DNA of 64,000 bases from an uncultured Chloroflexia bacterium (GCA_963734535.1 CAVTHS010000014.1:160001-224000), one strand, 5' to 3'; numbered from the stretch's first letter, positions 20,846 to 34,304 are shown. The notes: a model not told the origin generated them from the sequence alone. Program-made: numbers and translations.

Positions 20846-20874
20846 ACCGTACATGACGACCCGGGTTCTGGCAA
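20846..20874 (-). promoter_or_regulatory. Sigma70-type promoter TTGCCA-N17-TACGGT
   Basis: Exact 17-nt spacing; points towards the sORF and smpB. Confidence 0.6.
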
Positions 20875-20937
20875 GCACCTGTGCTCGTCCGGCACATCCG
20901 TTTCGCGTCGACCGCGTCGACCGCCGACTTCGCGACC

Positions 20938-22326
20938 TCAGGCAGCCAGCGGCCAGGTCCCGCTCGCGGCCGGCGGACCGAGGGCAGTCAGTGCGGCGTC
21001 GATGTACGGGTCGCCGGTCGGGGTCGTCGTCCCGTCTGTCGCGGTGACCGAGACGTCCGGCGTCAGGCCCTTCAGGTGGATCCAGCGCTTGGCCGGCGTG
21101 AGCCATTTCGCGATCGTCAGCCGGAACCCACCCGAGTTGTCGCTGAGGTCGACCCATTGCTGGACGGTGCCCTTTCCGAACGTCGTCTCGCCCACCAGCG
21201 TCGCGCGCTTCGTGTCCTGCAGGGCGCCGGAGACGATCTCGCTGGCCGACGCGCTGCCCTTGTTGACGAGGACCACGACCCGGATCGCGGGGTCCGTCGC
21301 GACGCCGCCCGGCGAGGCATCCGTCTCGATCTGGGTGCCATCCGCGCTCTCCTCCCAGAAGAGCGGCCCGCTGGCGATGAACTGGCTGGCGATGGTCCGC
21401 GCCGCCGTCACGTAGCCGCCGGGGTTGTCGCGGAGGTCCACGATCACGGACCGCTCGCCCTTCGCCAGGCCCGCCCGAAGCGCGTCGGTGAAGTCCTTCG
21501 CGGAGTTGTCGGAGAAGGCCGCGACCCGGATGTAGCGGACGCTGCCATTCGCCAGGTCCCGGGTCTCCACCTGGGTCTGGACGATGGTGTCGCGGACGAT
21601 CTCCAGGTCGAACGGCGGCTGCGCTGCCCGGACGATCGTCAGGACCACCGGGGTCCCCTTCTTGCCGCGCACTTTCGCGATCGCCTGGTCGAGCGTCAGC
21701 CCGTCCACGCTGGCGCCGTCGATCCCGGTGACCACGTCTGCCTCGCGGATTCCGGCGGCCTCCGCCGGCGACGCGGCGATCGTCGAGACCACGGTCATCC
21801 GGCAGTCGGGCGCGAGCGCCGTGCACGTGCCGCCGCCCGCGGCCGACGATCGGGCCGTGATGACGGCGCCGATCCCCTCGAACTGGCCACCGAGGTCCTC
21901 GCGAGCCCGCTGGAGGTCGGCGGGGCTCATGTACGAGGAATACGGGTCGCCCAGCGCCTTGATCAACCCGTCGATGGCGCCCTCGACCAGCTTCTTCTGG
22001 TCCACCTGGCCGACGTAGCTCCGGGTGATCGAATCCCACGTGTCCCAGAACGGGGCGAAGAGGGCCTGGTCGGCGGCCGGCGTGCCGGGGGTCGTGGCCG
22101 TCCGCGCCCCCAGCGTGAAGCCCGACAGGAAGAGCGCCGCGCCCGCGAGCAGTCCCACCACGGCGATGGCGAGCTGGAGCGACCCGACGCCGCGCCGAGG
22201 CTGCCCGTCGGACCGGACCGTCGGGACGACGGGCTCGACCGAGGTGCTCTCGGCAGGGCGCTCATCTCCCGGGAGGGCGTCATCCGGGGGCTCGGGCGGC
22301 GTGAAGCTCGAGCCGGGCGTCATCAT
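20938..22326 (-). CDS. ctpA: S41 carboxyl-terminal processing protease
   Basis: TM, LGDPYSSYM, PDZ domain, DLRDNPGG, SASASEI, TFGKG. Confidence 0.93.
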   Translation of the reverse strand: MMTPGSSFTPPEPPDDALPGDERPAESTSVEPVVPTVRSDGQPRRGVGSLQLAIAVVGLLAGAALFLSGFTLGARTATTPGTPAADQALFAPFWDTWDSITRSYVGQVDQKKLVEGAIDGLIKALGDPYSSYMSPADLQRAREDLGGQFEGIGAVITARSSAAGGGTCTALAPDCRMTVVSTIAASPAEAAGIREADVVTGIDGASVDGLTLDQAIAKVRGKKGTPVVLTIVRAAQPPFDLEIVRDTIVQTQVETRDLANGSVRYIRVAAFSDNSAKDFTDALRAGLAKGERSVIVDLRDNPGGYVTAARTIASQFIASGPLFWEESADGTQIETDASPGGVATDPAIRVVVLVNKGSASASEIVSGALQDTKRATLVGETTFGKGTVQQWVDLSDNSGGFRLTIAKWLTPAKRWIHLKGLTPDVSVTATDGTTTPTGDPYIDAALTALGPPAASGTWPLAA

Positions 22327-22332
22327 CTGGGC

Positions 22333-23244
22333 CTACCTCGTGAGATAGCTGCGGACCGAGAGCCACGATCCCAGGACGCCGACCCCCAGGCCGGTCCCGA
22401 GCACAAGGAGGATCACGTCGCGCTGGAGGGAGCCGAGCTCGAGGGGCAGGACGCGAAAGAAGCCGTACATGAAGTCGGTGACCGGTCCCGAGGCGACGGC
22501 GAGCAGCGCCAGGGCCGCCACGGCCCCCAGGAGCCCGACGAACGCGCCCTCGAAGATGAACGGCCAGCGGATGAACGCATCCGATGCGCCGACCAGCCGC
22601 ATGACCTCGATCTCTTCGCGCCGGGCGACGACCGCGAGCCGGATGGTGTTGACGATGATGAACAGCACCACGAGGCCGACGAGCAGGAGGAGCACGAACC
22701 CGCCGGTTCGCAGGACGCCGGTCACGGTGGTCAGCTGCTGGACGAGCTTCTGGACCTCGACGACGTCGTCCACGACGTGGTTCCGATCCTGGAGCAGCTG
22801 GACGACGCCCTGGTAGTCGCGCGGATCCACCAGCTTGACCTCGAGGCTGGCGGGGAGCGGGTTGCGATCCAGGAATCCGGTCAGGTCCACCTGGCCCCGC
22901 TGCCGCAGCCGGTCACGGAACTGGGCCAAAGCCTCGTCCTTGGACAGGAAGGTCACGGAACGGACCGAGGGGAGCGCCGCGACGTCCGAGGCCAGGGCGA
23001 CCGCCTGGACGGTCAGGGCGCCCTCGGCGCCCGCCACGTCGTGGAGGTCGGCGACGATCTCCACCTTCTGCTCCACGTACTGGACGCCCGCCGCGAGCCC
23101 GGCCTGGACCAGCCAGAAGCCTGCAAGGAGGAGGAGCATCAGCAGCATCGTCGCCGTTGCCGCGAGCGTCATCAGGCCGTTGCGTCGCAACCCCTGCAGG
23201 CCCCGGGTGACGCTGAACGTGACGAATCGGAAGAAGCCGAACAC
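22333..23244 (-). CDS. ftsX: Cell division permease FtsX
   Basis: SKDEAL, NPLPAS, IVNTIRLAVVARREEIEVMRLVGAS..FIRWPFIFEG. Confidence 0.95.
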   Translation of the reverse strand: MFGFFRFVTFSVTRGLQGLRRNGLMTLAATATMLLMLLLLAGFWLVQAGLAAGVQYVEQKVEIVADLHDVAGAEGALTVQAVALASDVAALPSVRSVTFLSKDEALAQFRDRLRQRGQVDLTGFLDRNPLPASLEVKLVDPRDYQGVVQLLQDRNHVVDDVVEVQKLVQQLTTVTGVLRTGGFVLLLLVGLVVLFIIVNTIRLAVVARREEIEVMRLVGASDAFIRWPFIFEGAFVGLLGAVAALALLAVASGPVTDFMYGFFRVLPLELGSLQRDVILLVLGTGLGVGVLGSWLSVRSYLTR

Positions 23245-23246
23245 CC

Positions 23247-24020
23247 TCAGTCCTCGCGGTGGTAGCCGCCGACCTCGTCGCGGACCACGCGCCCTTCCTC
23301 GAGCGCCACGACTCGGCGCCGAAGGGCCGTCACGACACCGGCGTTGTGGGTGGCCATCAGCACGGTGACGCCGAGCTCGTTGATCCGGAGCAGGAGCTGG
23401 ATGATCTCCCAGCTGATGAGCGGATCCAGGTTCCCGGTCGGCTCGTCCGCGATGATCAGGCGCGGCTCATGCACGAGCGCGCGGGCGATCGCCGTCCGCT
23501 GCTGCTCCCCGCCCGAGAGCGTGGAGGGAAGCTGGTCGGCCTGTGCCCCGAGCCCAACCACCGCCAGCGCCCGGTCGACCGCGGGTCGGATTCTCCCGCG
23601 CGGCGTGCCGGTGACCTCGAGGGCGAACGCCACGTTCTCCCGGACCGAGCGGGCGGGGAGGAGCTTGAAGTCCTGGAAGACGATCCCGATCGTGCGGCGG
23701 AGCTCGGGCACCTTCCGGCGCGGAACGCGGGCGAGGTCGCGGCCGTCGAGCACCACGTCGCCGGACGTGGGCAGCTCATCGCGGATGAGAAGCTTGAGGA
23801 GGGTGGACTTGCCGGCGCCCGACGGCCCCACGAGGAAGACGAACTCCCCCTCCCCGAGCGTCAGGTCCACGTCGTGGAGTGCCGCCTTGCCGTTCGGGTA
23901 GACCTTGCCCACGCCGCGCAGCTCGAGGACCGGTCGCACCCCTCCGGTTGTGCCCGCGGCCGTCTCGTCCGGGGATCGAGCAGGTTCGGCGGCTGGCCGG
24001 ATCATGGTGGGGGTCGTCAC
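23247..24020 (-). CDS. ftsE: Cell division ATP-binding protein FtsE
   Basis: GPSGAGKST, VFQDFKLL, LSGGEQQR, ADEPTGNLDP, ATHN; adjacent to ftsX. Confidence 0.95.
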   Translation of the reverse strand: MTTPTMIRPAAEPARSPDETAAGTTGGVRPVLELRGVGKVYPNGKAALHDVDLTLGEGEFVFLVGPSGAGKSTLLKLLIRDELPTSGDVVLDGRDLARVPRRKVPELRRTIGIVFQDFKLLPARSVRENVAFALEVTGTPRGRIRPAVDRALAVVGLGAQADQLPSTLSGGEQQRTAIARALVHEPRLIIADEPTGNLDPLISWEIIQLLLRINELGVTVLMATHNAGVVTALRRRVVALEEGRVVRDEVGGYHRED

Positions 24021-24126
24021 GTCTGCCCGAGGCTACCACCGGCCCGCCGATCCGTCCGGTCCAGCCGTCCATGGCCGGGCCGGACGGGGTCAGGTCGCGC
24101 GCCCGGGGGCTGACAGGGCGGCGTCG

Positions 24127-25116
24127 CTACAGGACCGCGAGGGTGATCGGCACGTACCGTTCGAAGTCGGCGAAGGGCCGGTCCCAGCAGATGAGCGCCG
24201 GGAAGTCCTCCAGCCGGAGGCCGCCGGCGAGGAGCGCCGCCACCGCCGCACCCGCCGATCCGGGAACCCACGCGGAGAACGCGCCGACCGGCCGCACCGA
24301 TCCGACGAGGTGGCCCACCACGGGTCCCATCAGCGCCGCATCCTCGACGGCGATCGGGCCCAGCCGCCCGACCTCCGACGCATACCCGTACCCGAGGACA
24401 CTCCCGTCGCCCGCCTCGTAGAGGTAGCCGACACGCCCCTGGCTGCCCAGGAAGGCATGGTCCTCGGGGTGCGCGTATCCCAGCGTCCCGCGATCCAGGT
24501 GCTCCACGGCGGCGGCCAGCCGCCTCGGCCCCGCGCCGTCGGTGGGCCCCGCCCGGAGCAGGTCGAACGGGACTGCGCGGACGCCGGCTGGCAACCCCGG
24601 GACCGGGTGCTCCAGGCGGCCGACAAGCTCCAGCACGGGCACGCGCGGCACCATCCCGAGGCGGCTGTAGAGCGCGTTGGAGACGGGCTGGACGCTGTCC
24701 GTGCACGTCGCGTGCGTGGCGTGGTCGGTGCCCTCCAGCACCTGGGAGAGGAGCCGCCGGCCCAGGCCGCGCTCCTGGTGGCCGGGCTGCACGAACAGCA
24801 TGGAGAGGAACCAGACGTGCTCGCGCCGGATGGCCGAGATGAACGCGACGACGGCCCCCTCCGGCCTGGCCGCGGCATCGGCCGGGAGTGCGTCCGCGTT
24901 CTCCACGGCGACCCAGAACCCATCGGGGTCCGTCGCGAGGAGGTGACCGAGGAGGCCCAGCAGGGGTCCGAACGACGGCGGCATCGGCGAACGCCCGACC
25001 CGGACCCCGTACTCGGAGAGGCCGGCATGCCAGACTTCGGCGCACGCCGGGAGGTGGCCCGGATGCGCCGGGCGGATGCTGATCGCCGGCGCTCCCGCTG
25101 CCGGCGGGCGCGTCAC
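24127..25116 (-). CDS. GNAT family acetyltransferase
   Basis: WFLSMLFVQPGHQERGLGRRLL acetyl-CoA motif, LYSRLG; GTG start inferred. Confidence 0.8.
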   Translation of the reverse strand: MTRPPAAGAPAISIRPAHPGHLPACAEVWHAGLSEYGVRVGRSPMPPSFGPLLGLLGHLLATDPDGFWVAVENADALPADAAARPEGAVVAFISAIRREHVWFLSMLFVQPGHQERGLGRRLLSQVLEGTDHATHATCTDSVQPVSNALYSRLGMVPRVPVLELVGRLEHPVPGLPAGVRAVPFDLLRAGPTDGAGPRRLAAAVEHLDRGTLGYAHPEDHAFLGSQGRVGYLYEAGDGSVLGYGYASEVGRLGPIAVEDAALMGPVVGHLVGSVRPVGAFSAWVPGSAGAAVAALLAGGLRLEDFPALICWDRPFADFERYVPITLAVL

Positions 25117-25135
25117 GTGCAGCCTCCCGGCACGA

Positions 25136-26258
25136 TCACGCGGGCTCGGGGGCGCCGAGGAGCGGCGCTCCGGTTGCCTCGCGCTCCAGCTCGGCCGCCA
25201 TGAACACGTCGAGATCCCCATCGAGCACGGATGCCGTGTTCGACGTCTCCACGCCCGTCCTGTGGTCCTTGACCATCTGGTACGGGTGGAGGACGTAGCT
25301 CCGGATCTGGTTGCCCCAGCCGGCCTCAACGTGCTCGCCCTTGAGCTTGCGCAGCTCGATCTCCTTCTCCTCCAGGTGCCGTTCCAGGAGCCGGGCCGCC
25401 AGCACCTTTGCCGCGGTCTCGCGGTTCTGCGTTGCCGAGCGCTCGTTCTGGCAGGTCACGACGATCCCCGTGGGGACGTGCGTCAGGCGCACCGCAGAGT
25501 TCGTCTTCTGGACGTGCTGGCCGCCGGCCCCCGACGAGCGGTAGTTCTCCACGCGGATCTCGTCCCAGTCGAGCTCCACCTCGGCGACGTCCTCCACCTC
25601 GGGCATCACCTCGATGAGCGCGAACGTGGTCTGGCGGCGCTTCTGCGAATCGTACGGGCTGATGCGGACCAGCCGGTGCACGCCTCGCTCGGCGCGCAGC
25701 CAGCCGTAGGCCCGCCGGCCGTCGACGTCGAAGGTCACGCTCTTGAGGCCGGTCTGCTCGCCCTCGGTCTGGTCCAGGACCTCGGTCGAGAAGCGGTGGC
25801 GTTCGGCCCACCGCAGGAACATTCGGAGGAGCATCTCCGCCCAGTCGGTGGCCTCGGTCCCACCGGCGCCCGCGCTGATCGTCACGAGCGCACCGCGCTG
25901 GTCGTACTCCCCGGAGAAGAGGAGGGCGGTGCGTTCGCGCTCGAAGGAGACGCGCAACGTCTCGGCATCGCGTTCGATCTCGGCGAGCATCTCGGCGTCG
26001 TCGGCCTCGGCGGCCATGTCCGCGAGCTCCTCGAGCCCCGTTGCCCGCGATTCCAGGTCTCCCCACAGGGTCAGCTCGCCCTGGAGCCCGTCGGCCTCGC
26101 GCAGGATCCGCTGGGCGCCCCGCTGGTCGTCCCAGAACCCGGGGACGCCGATCAGCGCATTGAGCTCCGCGACGCGTGCTTCCTTCGCGGGGAGGTCAAA
26201 GACGCCCCGAGGTCGCGTGGATCCGCTCGGCAAGATCGCGAAGGCCGGACCGGTCCAT
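25136..26258 (-). CDS. prfB: Peptide chain release factor 2 with programmed +1 frameshift
   Basis: A 20-codon ORF (MDRSGLRDLAERIHATSGRL) ends at GGGG-CGT-CTT-TGA-C (26201-26195). The +1 frame continues with the SPY and GGQ motifs. Confidence 0.97.
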
Positions 26259-26483
26259 CTAGACTCGGCCTCGCACGTCCTGGAGGAGGATCGGCCGGAG
26301 CTCGATGAGCCGCAGGGCGGTCTTGCTCCGGGCGACGACGGGGTTCACGCAAGCGCAGTACGCGTTATGGGGACACACGCCGCAATTACCGTCGCAGTCC
26401 AGCGCGGCTGCGTAGCTGCAGTTCCTGCAGTCTCGCTCGCACGCGATCAGGTCGACGAAGGCGGCGTCAGTGATCTGCTTCAC
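26259..26483 (-). CDS. 74-aa Cys-rich hypothetical protein
   Basis: GAGGGAG SD then GTG; 8 Cys arranged as CxxxCxxC-x7-CxxxCxxC-x5-CxC; its TAG abuts the prfB ATG. Confidence 0.75.
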   Translation of the reverse strand: MKQITDAAFVDLIACERDCRNCSYAAALDCDGNCGVCPHNAYCACVNPVVARSKTALRLIELRPILLQDVRGRV

Positions 26484-26572
26484 CGCTCCCTCATGCACTG
26501 CGATGGCAACCTCGGCCGCTGCATCCCCGCGGGGACGGGAGCTGGGCAGCACCGGCCTTTGGTAATGATGGG

Positions 26573-26601
26573 AGTATACGGGGGTAACGCGCAGCGGCCA
26601 A
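26573..26601 (-). promoter_or_regulatory. Sigma70-type promoter TTGGCC-N17-TATACT
   Basis: Exact spacing; upstream of the Cys-rich ORF and prfB. Confidence 0.65.
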
Positions 26602-26617
26602 GAGGGAGTTTTCGTGC

Positions 26618-27264
26618 TCAGGGCGAGCCCGGCGTCCCCAGCTCCGGGCCGCTCGCCGCGCCTACCAGCCCGTACAGGGCGAGCGCGCCGAGCTCGTGCA
26701 ACGTGGCATCGAGGCGCGGCGCCAGGCTGGCATCGGTCGGGCTCGTCGTCGTCGGCGATCCGAAGGATGCGATGTCCAGGTCCTTGCCCATCCGGAGGAC
26801 GCGCAGCATGTGCGTCCGGTCCGACACGAAGAGCGCCGATCGCATCCCGTGCTCACGCAGGATGCCCGCGACGGCCTCGAGCGATTCGAGCGTGGACCTG
26901 CCGTGGTCCTCGTCCAGGATCGCGGCGTCGGGAACGCCGCGCGCGACCGCGTAGGCACGGGCGACCGCCGCTTCCGTCGTCCGGTCGCCCTGGCGCCTGC
27001 CGCCCGTCACGATCAGCACGGGGGCCAGCCCGTCCTCGTAGAGGCGCACCGCGTGGTCCAGGCGGCTCGCGAAGACCGGCGAGGGCACCCCGTCATACTG
27101 GGCCGCGCCCATCACCACGATCGCGTCGACCGGACGCGCCTCGTCGACGGCCCCGCGCTGCCAGATCCGGATCGTCGCGTAACCGGTGACCAGGATCCCG
27201 CCGACGACGACGGCGAGACCCACCAGGGCGAGCTCGCGGACCGCGGATCGCCCGACGTGATCGC

Positions 27265-27268
<4 letters not shown>
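26618..27268 (-). CDS. YdcF/DUF218 family protein
   Basis: N-terminal TM, AIVVMGAAQY, RLDHAVRLY, VTGG, TEA, STLES, HMLR. The start is either CTG 27268 or GTG 27223. Confidence 0.85.
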
Positions 27269-30288
<3,020 letters not shown>

Positions 30289-30355
30289 GGGACGGTCAGT
30301 ATAGGCGGGGGGCCTCGGGGTGGCCCGGCGGGCGGACGCCGCTCCGGCGGCCCGC

Positions 30356-30586
30356 CTACTTCCAGAAGCCCGAGCCGTACCCGGCGATGAGCAGCACGAA
30401 CGTCAGCACGCCGAGCGCGAGCCAGAAGAGGACCGAGACGGACGTCCGGGTCGGGTTCATCTCGCGGTTGACGAGCGGCGACGCGTTCCAGCGCGGCGAG
30501 CGAAGCTGGGTCCGCCAGTCCTTCGGAGTGTCGGTGCGCGGCTCCAGGCCGCCCTCGCCGTCGGGTTGATGCAGCTGGAGGGTCAT
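30356..30586 (-). CDS. 76-aa hypothetical membrane protein
   Basis: ATGA overlap with the prs stop; C-terminal TM segment ending GYGSGFWK. Confidence 0.7.
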   Translation of the reverse strand: MTLQLHQPDGEGGLEPRTDTPKDWRTQLRSPRWNASPLVNREMNPTRTSVSVLFWLALGVLTFVLLIAGYGSGFWK

Positions 30587-31725
30587 CGGTCTCCGAACGT
30601 CCTGGCCGGCGCGCGGCCGGCGATGTCGGCGGGATGCGCAGGGTCGTGGCGCGAGGTCAGGTGCTCCGAGGGCAGGATCGCGCCGGTCCGGGCGTCCAGC
30701 GTCTGCTCGACGCCGTCCTCCCACAGGATCATCTCCTGCGTGAGGGACGCCTCGCTGCTGAAGAGGGCACCGACCGACTCGCCGCGGTGGATGCGCCGGA
30801 TCGCCTCGCCGATGAGAGGCGCAACGGACAGCGTGGTGATCTGGGGGAGCCGCTTCGCGGTCGGGAGCGGCACGGAGTCGGTCAGGACGAGCTCACGGAT
30901 GGGTGATCCGGCGATGCGGTCGATCGCTCCCTCCGAGAGGATCCCGTGCGTGGCGCAGGCGTAGATCTCCTCGACGCCCTCGCGCACCAGGGCTCGCACG
31001 ATCTCCATCAGCGTCCCCGCGGTGTCGATCTCGTCGTCCACGATGATCGCGCGCCGCCCGCGAACGTCCCCGATGACGTTGAGCAGCTCGGCCCGGTCCA
31101 GGTTGCCGACGCGCCGCTTCTCGATGATGGCGAGGGGAGCATCCAGCAGCTCGGCGAAGGTACGGGCGCGCTTGGCGAAGCCGAGGTCGGTGACGACCAC
31201 GATCTCCGTCAGCGCCTTCTGGCGGAAGTAGTTGGAGAGCAGGTGGACCGCGGTCAGCTCGTCGACCGGGATGTTGAAGAAGCCCTGGATCTGGCCCTGG
31301 TGGAGGTCCATGCTGAGGACGCGGTCGGCGCCTGCCACCGTGATCATGTCGGCGATGAGGCGGGCGGTGATCGGGACGCGCGGCTGGTCCTTCTTGTCGG
31401 AGCGCCCGTAGGCGTAGTAGGGGACGACCGCGGTGATCCGCCCCGCGCTCGCGCGCTTGAAGGCGTCGATCATGATCAGGAGCTCCATGATCGACTGGTT
31501 CACCGGGTGGCAGGTCGGCTGGACCAGGAAGACGTCCTTCTCCCGGACGTTGTCCAGGATCTTGACGAAGATGTTCTCGTTCGCGAACGAGAAGACCTCG
31601 GCCTGGCCCAGCGGGACGCCCAGGTAGCGGCAGATCTTCCGCGCAAGGCCGTCGTTGGCGTTGCCCGTGTAGACGTCGAACGAGTCGGAGTACACGAACG
31701 CCTCCTCCGAGCCGAAGCCCGTCAT
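30583..31725 (-). CDS. prs: Ribose-phosphate pyrophosphokinase
   Basis: ELLIMIDAFKRASA, PYYAYGRSDKK, DLHQGQIQGFF, IVDDEIDTAGT, ACATHG. Confidence 0.96.
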   Translation of the reverse strand: MTGFGSEEAFVYSDSFDVYTGNANDGLARKICRYLGVPLGQAEVFSFANENIFVKILDNVREKDVFLVQPTCHPVNQSIMELLIMIDAFKRASAGRITAVVPYYAYGRSDKKDQPRVPITARLIADMITVAGADRVLSMDLHQGQIQGFFNIPVDELTAVHLLSNYFRQKALTEIVVVTDLGFAKRARTFAELLDAPLAIIEKRRVGNLDRAELLNVIGDVRGRRAIIVDDEIDTAGTLMEIVRALVREGVEEIYACATHGILSEGAIDRIAGSPIRELVLTDSVPLPTAKRLPQITTLSVAPLIGEAIRRIHRGESVGALFSSEASLTQEMILWEDGVEQTLDARTGAILPSEHLTSRHDPAHPADIAGRAPARTFGDR

Positions 31726-34288
31726 CCTCCCGACGGACCCGCTCCCGGTGCGGTCGGACCCGCATCGGGGCCGCCATTGTCGCCCATGCCCTCGCGCTCC
31801 GCCAGCCCCTCGCGGAACGCCGCGATCCCGACCACCCGGTCGCCCTCGTTGAGGCGCATCGTGATCACGCCGCGCGCCTCGGGCGAATACCGGTTGACCG
31901 TCGCGCACGTCCGTCCGAACGACCTGGCCGGCCGCGCTGATGAGGAGCAGCTCGTCGTCCTGCTCGGTGACCTGCTGGACGGCGGCCACGTGGCCGGTCT
32001 TGCGTCCCTCGAGGCTGATGAGGCGTACGCCCTGCGGGCCGCGGCGCATCGTCCGGAAGGCCGACAGCGCGGACGCGCTTGCCGTAGCCCGTCTCGGTGA
32101 GCACGAGCAGGTCCTTGTCGGGCTGGACGACGCTCATGCTGACCACGTAGTCGCCGGCACCGGCCGGCCGGATGCCGATGACGCCGCCCGCCTGGCGTCC
32201 CATGGCCCGCACGTCGGACTCGTTGAACCGCGCGAGCTTGCCCTCGGCGGTGGCGATGATGATGTCGTCGCGTCCGGTCGACACGTCGACCCACGCCAGC
32301 TCGTCGTCCGGGTCCAGCGTGATCGCGATGATGCCCGACGAGCGCACCTTCTCGAACTGCTCGATCGGCGTCTTCTTGATGATCCCCTTTCGGGTCGCCA
32401 TGACCAGGTAGGAGCCCTTCTCGAAGTCCGGCACGATGAGGGTCGCCGTGGGCACCTCGCCGCTCTCGACCTGCACGCCGGGGAGGTTGATGATCGCCAT
32501 CCCCTTGGCCTGCCGGCTCGCGTCGGGAATGGTGTGCACCTTGGCCGAGAAGACACGTCCGCGGTTCGTGAAGAAGAGCGCCCAGTCGTGGGTGTTCGCG
32601 ACGAGGAGGCTGTCGACCGCGTCCTCCTCGCGCGTGACGTGCCCGATGATCCCCTTGCCGCCGCGGCCCTGGCGTCGATAGGTCGCCACGGGCTGGCGCT
32701 TGATGTAGCCGCGACGGCTGATCGTGACGACGACGTCCTCGTCGGCGATGAGGTCCTCGTCGGTCATCTCGCGGGAGGAGTCGTCGACCACGCGCGTGCG
32801 CCGCTCGCCGGCGTACTTCCGCTTCAGCTCGGTCAGCTCGTCCCGGATGATCGCGAGGATCCGGGACGGGTTCCCGAGGATGTCCTCCAGCTCGGCGATG
32901 AGCTGGATGACGGCCAGGTACTCATCCTCGATCTTCTTCCGCTCGAGGGCGGCGAGGCGCGCGAGGCGCATGTCCAGGATCGCCTGGGCCTGCAGCTCGC
33001 TGAGGTCGAAGCGCTCCATCAGGTTGCGCCGGGCCGTGTCGACGTCGGCCGACTCGCGGATCGTCCGGATCACCTCGTCGAGGTGGTCCAGGGCGATCTT
33101 GAGCCCCTCCAGGATGTGGGCCCGTTCGCGGGCCTTGCCCAGGTCGAACTCCGTCCGCCGCCGGACGATCTCGCGGCGATGGTCCACGTGGTGCTGGATC
33201 ACGGCCTTGAGCGGCAGCGTCTGCGGCTGGCCGTCGACGAGCGCGAGCATGTTGAGGTTGAACGCGAGCTGCATCGGGGTGTGCTTGAAGAGGTTGTTCA
33301 GCACGGTGTGCGGGTTCGCGTCGTTCTTGACCTCGATGTAGATCCGCATCCCGTCGCGGTCGGACTCGTCGCGCAGGTCGGCGATCCCGTCGATGCGCTT
33401 GTCCTTCACGAGGTCGGCGATCTTCTCGAGGAGCGTCGCCTTGTTCACCTGGTAGGGCAGCTCCGTGACGATGATCGCCATGCGATCGCGGCGCGCCTCC
33501 TCGAAGGCGACCTGGGCCCGCATGATCACCCGGCCGTGGCCGTGGGCGTACATCTGCCGGATCGCGTCGACCGTCTCGGTGATGCCGGTCAGGGCGTTCC
33601 GCTGCTGCTCGTAGCGGAAGATCGAGCCCGCGGTCGGGAAGTCGGGCCCCTTCACGAATGCACACAGGTCGTCGGTGGTCAGCTCGGGGTCGTTGATGAG
33701 CGCGATCGTGGCGTCGACGACCTCGCCCAGGTGGTGCGGCGGGATGTTGGTGGCCATCCCGACGGCGATGCCCGAGCTGCCGTTCACCAGCAGGTTCGGC
33801 AGCTTCGCAGGCAGGATGACCGGCTGGCGGTGCTGGCCGTCGTAGTTGTCGACGTAGTCGACCGTGGCCTTGTCGATGTCGGCGAGCATCTCGGCTGCGA
33901 TCGGGGCGAGCCGCGCCTCCGTGTAGCGCATCGCGGCAGCCGAGTCGCCGTCGACGGAGCCGAAGTTGCCCTGCCCGTCCACGAGCGGGTAGCGCATCGA
34001 GAAGTCCTGGGCGAGGCGGACCAGCGTGTCGTAGATCGCCTGGTCACCGTGCGGGTGGTACTTGCCCATCACCTCGCCGACGATCGCCGCGCACTTCCGG
34101 TACGACGCGTTCGAGGCGAGGCCCATCTCGCCCATGGCGTACAGGATCCGGCGGTGGACCGGCTTGAGGCCGTCGCGGACATCCGGGAGCGCCCGGGCCA
34201 CGATCACGCTCATCGCGTAATCGAGATAGCTCGTCCGCATCTCGTCCTCGATGCGGATCGTTCGGATGTCGCCCAGGTCGTCGGTCAC
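31722..34288 (-). CDS. gyrA: DNA gyrase subunit A (two 1-nt indels near 32075 and 31905)
   Basis: YHPHGD, AAMRYTE and GyrA box QGRGGKG. The CTD blades continue across two frame changes to a stop overlapping the prs start. Confidence 0.96.
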
Positions 34289-34304
34289 GGAATGGCTCTC
34301 CGGT

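Noticed and set aside
31722-32100. gyrA pseudogene or programmed frameshifting in the CTD
   Set aside because: The gene is essential and its sequence is intact on both sides, there is no slippery motif, and the same error pattern occurs elsewhere.
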